The translations under genes and the position numbers were made by a program. This document shows, piece by piece, positions 60,662 through 64,000 of a stretch of 64,000 bases of DNA. Numbering within the stretch: position 1 is the first letter of the stretch; the number at the start of each line of letters is the position of its first letter. The stretch covers positions 8,967 through 72,966 of IMG/VR virus record IMGVR_UViG_3300005937_000006; one strand, 5' to 3'. The notes under the pieces were generated by a model. It did no database searches. It was not told the origin of the DNA and was given only the letters and a program-made list of their open reading frames with translations. The DNA is from a virus (Duplodnaviria; Caudoviricetes).

Positions 60662-61384
60662 ATGAGTGTGATGCCGCTGCCGCTCCGTCAGCCCTGGCTG
60701 AAGCTCCCTGAAGAGAACGCCCAGCAGTACGAAGCGTTCGAGCGGTATCGCGACCTGGGCTCGTCGCGCTCCATCGAGCTAATCGTGCAGCAGTTGACGC
60801 CGGCACAGGCGCTCAAAGAGGGCGAAGACGAGCGGCGCCTGATGCTGCGGAACATCGCGAAAGCCGGTAAGCTCCAGACGGACGTACCGTTCGCCTATCA
60901 GGTGCTGACCTGGGCGAATCGTTTTCGCTGGGCCTTTCGCGCCGAGCAGTTCGACCGCCATGTCGCGGCGATGGCGTCGGAGAAGATCGCGTCCGAGCAC
61001 GCCCAGATGCTGCAACGGCATGTGGCAATCAGCATGCAGTTGCAGGAAAAGGCGCTCAGTCGTCTCCGCGAGATGGACCCATCAGAGCTAACCAGCAAAG
61101 AGGTGCTGGCCTACTTGAAGGAGTCCGTCGATCTGGAGCGCGTCTCTCGGCAAACCCCACGCCCTATGTCACAGCACGTCGAGGATGCGGCGCCGGCCGA
61201 TCCCGAGGCGACTGATCGGAGGATGCTGTCCGATGTCTTCACCATCCTTGTCGAGTCCGGCGCGCTCCCCGAAGGATCAGACTTCGATCTGGCTGAAGGA
61301 ATCATTGACGCCAAAGCTCACGAAGTATATTCCTCACCAGCCGACGACGAAGCAGACAGCGTTCCTGCTGATTCCACACCGTGA
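60662..61384 (+). CDS. Terminase small subunit (putative)
   Basis: PW.KLP.E....YEAF..YRDLG..RSI...W..RF.W..RAE.FD motif; lies directly before TerL. Confidence 0.7.
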   Translation: MSVMPLPLRQPWLKLPEENAQQYEAFERYRDLGSSRSIELIVQQLTPAQALKEGEDERRLMLRNIAKAGKLQTDVPFAYQVLTWANRFRWAFRAEQFDRHVAAMASEKIASEHAQMLQRHVAISMQLQEKALSRLREMDPSELTSKEVLAYLKESVDLERVSRQTPRPMSQHVEDAAPADPEATDRRMLSDVFTILVESGALPEGSDFDLAEGIIDAKAHEVYSSPADDEADSVPADSTP

Positions 61385-62669
61385 GGCGTTCTACGGTGGC
61401 GCAGCGGGTGGAGGTAAGTCTGACGCGCTGTTGATGGGCGCGTTGCAGTACGTTGACCAGCCCGACTACGCTGCACTGCTCCTGCGGCGCTCCTATGCCG
61501 ATCTGACGCTTCCCGGCTCGCTGATGCAGCGTGCTGAGGAGTGGCTCGCCGGAACAGATGCCAGATGGATCGATAAAGAAAAGACCTGGGCATTCCCGTC
61601 CGGGGCTCGCGTGTCGTTCGGCTACCTTGCCACCGAAGCTGACAAGTATCGGTACAAGTCGGCTGAGTTCCAGTACATCGGCTTCGATGAGCTAACACAG
61701 TTCACCGAATCGATGTACACCTATCTTATCACTCGTCTTCGTCGTCTCTCTGCATCGAAGATTCCGCTGCGCATGCGCGGTGCATCGAACCCGGGCGACA
61801 TCGGCCATGAGTGGGTACGTCGCCGCTTCGTAGATTACAAGCCGGCGCTCGCCCCCGAGACGACGCCAGCGGAACGGCTGCGCATCGTCCGTCCATTCGT
61901 CCCGGCGAAACTCGACGATAACCCGTTCCTCGACTCAACTGAGTATCGAACGAACTTTGAAGAAGTCGATGTGGTTACGCGCGAACAGCTCCTGGGCGGG
62001 GACTGGACCGTTACTGAGCAGGGTACGCGCTTCAATCGATACGACTTTCAGTTCATTACACCAGCCGAGGTACCCGGTGGGCTGCACTGGATTCGCTACT
62101 GGGATATCGCGGCTACGGAGCCGAAACCTACGTCGAAGCGGTCAGGGCCTGACTTCACGGCGGGTGCCAAGCTAGGCTATCAGCCTGAGACGGGCAACTG
62201 GTACCTTGCAGACATGCGGCGCTGGCAGCGTGACCCCGGGCCAACTGAGCGTATGATCGAGCAGGTTGCCGAAGAAGATGGCTTGGGCGTACGCATCTAC
62301 ATGGAGGAGGAGCCCGGCGCGTCAGGCAAGGGCCTGACATCACATTACCGTCGCAACATCCTGTGGCGGTACATGTTCCGAGGGGTGCGCTCGACCGGTT
62401 CCAAGGAAGTACGCGCGGCGGTGTTCTCAGCCGCAGTCTCCAACCACCGCTTCTTCGTGGTGTACAGCCCGTGGACCGAGGCGTTCATCCGCGAATGCGA
62501 GATGTTCCCCAATCCGGGCTGGCATGATGACCAAGTCGATGCTGTCTCCGGGGGGATGCAGAAGGTAAAGGGGCGCCGTCGCATCCAGGCCGTTGGCCGG
62601 ACCGTTCAGGAGATCGAGGCTGCCGAGCATCATGCGCAGCTTCGCCGTACCATGCGAGTCATTGCATGA
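61305..62669 (+). CDS. terL: Terminase large subunit
   Basis: Probable TTG start after GAAGGA; FYGGAAGGGKS (Walker A), IGFDELTQF (Walker B), ASNPG, YWDIAA...DFTAG, HDDQVDA. Confidence 0.93.
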   Translation: MTPKLTKYIPHQPTTKQTAFLLIPHREAFYGGAAGGGKSDALLMGALQYVDQPDYAALLLRRSYADLTLPGSLMQRAEEWLAGTDARWIDKEKTWAFPSGARVSFGYLATEADKYRYKSAEFQYIGFDELTQFTESMYTYLITRLRRLSASKIPLRMRGASNPGDIGHEWVRRRFVDYKPALAPETTPAERLRIVRPFVPAKLDDNPFLDSTEYRTNFEEVDVVTREQLLGGDWTVTEQGTRFNRYDFQFITPAEVPGGLHWIRYWDIAATEPKPTSKRSGPDFTAGAKLGYQPETGNWYLADMRRWQRDPGPTERMIEQVAEEDGLGVRIYMEEEPGASGKGLTSHYRRNILWRYMFRGVRSTGSKEVRAAVFSAAVSNHRFFVVYSPWTEAFIRECEMFPNPGWHDDQVDAVSGGMQKVKGRRRIQAVGRTVQEIEAAEHHAQLRRTMRVIA

Positions 62670-62785
62670 GATTCGACCGCATGTCCCTATGGATGTTCAT
62701 CGCGCACATGATCGCGTTGATGCTGCTGATCATGATCATCCTATCGTTCATCGTGTACATCAGCATTGAGCCGTTGTTACGATGA
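62666..62785 (+). CDS. 39-aa membrane protein
   Basis: Read manually: MRFDRMSLWMFIAHMIALMLLIMIILSFIVYISIEPLLR; ATGA-coupled at both ends. Confidence 0.55.
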   Translation: MRFDRMSLWMFIAHMIALMLLIMIILSFIVYISIEPLLR

Positions 62786-63006
62786 GTCAGCGTATCGTGC
62801 GCGTACAGATCGCCAATGGCGAGGTCATCGCCGTTCGTGGGAAGCTGGCCGACATGATCCATTGGATCGCTCGCAACAAAGAGAAGATCGAGCCGATCCA
62901 TCAGGGCGAGTTGTCATTCAACTGGTCCGAGTCTGACAACGGCGATGCTGGGACGTTCCGCCCAGCCTACAAAGCCGTCATGGCATCAGAGAGGCTGTCA
63001 CGATGA
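62782..63006 (+). CDS. Hypothetical protein
   Basis: 74 aa, coupled. Confidence 0.6.
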   Translation: MSQRIVRVQIANGEVIAVRGKLADMIHWIARNKEKIEPIHQGELSFNWSESDNGDAGTFRPAYKAVMASERLSR

Positions 63007-63293
63007 TGGATAGCACGCTAGGGTTCCAGATCGTCACGTTGCAGCATCGCTCACGCTATCACTACGTACCGATGTGTGTAGAAAAGACCGTCAAGTTGAT
63101 CGATCCTCTCGGCAAGATGGACTACCTCTGGGTCAGCGACCACACGATCTGCGGAATCGCCGGCCCCTGGACGGGCGTTCGCGGCGGCAGCAGCGCACAG
63201 ATGTGCCATGCTTGCGAGCGTGGCATCGAGACAGCGTTCGAGCATGCGCCTGATCACATCCGAGCGCGAGCATTCTCCGGAGAAAAGGTATGA
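63003..63293 (+). CDS. Hypothetical protein (H...H.ICG...C.AC)
   Basis: 96 aa, coupled. Confidence 0.6.
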   Translation: MMDSTLGFQIVTLQHRSRYHYVPMCVEKTVKLIDPLGKMDYLWVSDHTICGIAGPWTGVRGGSSAQMCHACERGIETAFEHAPDHIRARAFSGEKV

Positions 63294-64000
63294 ACATCTT
63301 CACCAGGATGTGGCGCTCGACGGTGATCGCCTTCAAGTCGTTCAACATGGTCTGGTCGGGCCAGGGTGGCGGCGAAACAGGACTGGCTGATGCCTTCAGG
63401 TTTGGGCGGTCGCAGTACGACTTCCGCCGAGACATTGTCAGCGGACGCGACAACTCCATCATCATGTCGGTGCTCGGCTGGATTGCACGCAACTTTCCGC
63501 AGGCTGAGCTTCAGGTCGTCTCTCCGCAGAGCGACAACACCTATAACGTCGAGCCGCAGCATGAGCTTGTGCGCGCTATCGCGCAGCCGAACCCGTTCTA
63601 CTCGGGTGAAGCGCTCTGGATCGCCACGCTGCTCGACTTGATGACTTCAGGCAATGCCTACTGGCTGCTCGCGAAGGGCGCCTACAACACGCTGGGCGAG
63701 ATCTGGTATGCGCCACAGAACCTGCTCCGTCCGCGCTGGAACGAGAACGGGACCAAGTTCATTGAATGGTATGAGTACACACCCGATCCCACACGGACGG
63801 ACAAGCAGTACAAGATCGCCGTCGAGGATGTGGTCCACTTCCGTGACGGCATCGATCCGGCAAACACGCGACTCGGACTGTCCAAGCTCCGCAGCCTGAT
63901 GCGCGAGATCTGGACGGACGACGAGGCAGCAAACTTCTCGGCAGCGCTCCTGCGGAACCATGCGATCCCCGGTGTGATCATCGCGCCGGGCGATGATGAC
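63290..64000 (+). CDS. Portal protein (HK97 family), truncated by window end
   Basis: Open from ATG 63290 with no stop: QPNPF.SG..LW...L.DL..SGNAYW...EIW...VVHFRDG.DP....GLS.L...DEAANF...LL.N.AIPGVII. Confidence 0.9.
   Translation, partial: MNIFTRMWRSTVIAFKSFNMVWSGQGGGETGLADAFRFGRSQYDFRRDIVSGRDNSIIMSVLGWIARNFPQAELQVVSPQSDNTYNVEPQHELVRAIAQPNPFYSGEALWIATLLDLMTSGNAYWLLAKGAYNTLGEIWYAPQNLLRPRWNENGTKFIEWYEYTPDPTRTDKQYKIAVEDVVHFRDGIDPANTRLGLSKLRSLMREIWTDDEAANFSAALLRNHAIPGVIIAPGDDD

Noticed and set aside
1-64000. Alternative genetic code or host chromosomal flank
   Set aside because: Standard code 11 gives dense, coupled, full-length genes ending in all three stops, and no housekeeping genes are present.

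Overview
The window is about 64 kb of a high-GC tailed dsDNA phage (siphovirus-like). It is contiguous phage sequence with no host genes, and the gene order looks circularly permuted: it starts at the end of the tail-assembly chaperone and ends inside the portal gene, so head and tail-tube genes lie outside. There are three blocks. (1) 1-25264, + strand, tail morphogenesis: a chaperone with a -1 frameshift site, three inserted small genes including an HNH nuclease, a ~3066-aa tape measure protein with an internal lysozyme-like domain, Dit, a fibre with an S74 chaperone, three tandem beta-helix tailspike paralogues, and a repeat-fused Gp37-like hub. (2) 25261-55272, almost all - strand, early/replication/accessory genes: C5 methyltransferase, ParB-like protein, GIY-YIG, 3D-domain protein, UvrD-like helicase, winged helix, AEP primase, SNF2 helicase and many small unknown ORFs, with hairpin-rich intergenic spaces, a repeated translation-initiation motif and a 78-bp palindrome carrying SOS-box-like sites. 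(3) 55646-64000, + strand: VRR-NUC, a second ParB-like protein, a two-domain endolysin with tiny membrane proteins, a methyltransferase-like protein, terminase small and large subunits, and the portal. No integrase, repressor, DNA polymerase, tRNA, CRISPR array or reverse transcriptase was seen. A monoderm high-GC host (Chloroflexota or Actinomycetota) is inferred, not shown. Family names come from motif recognition and memory; no database search was run.
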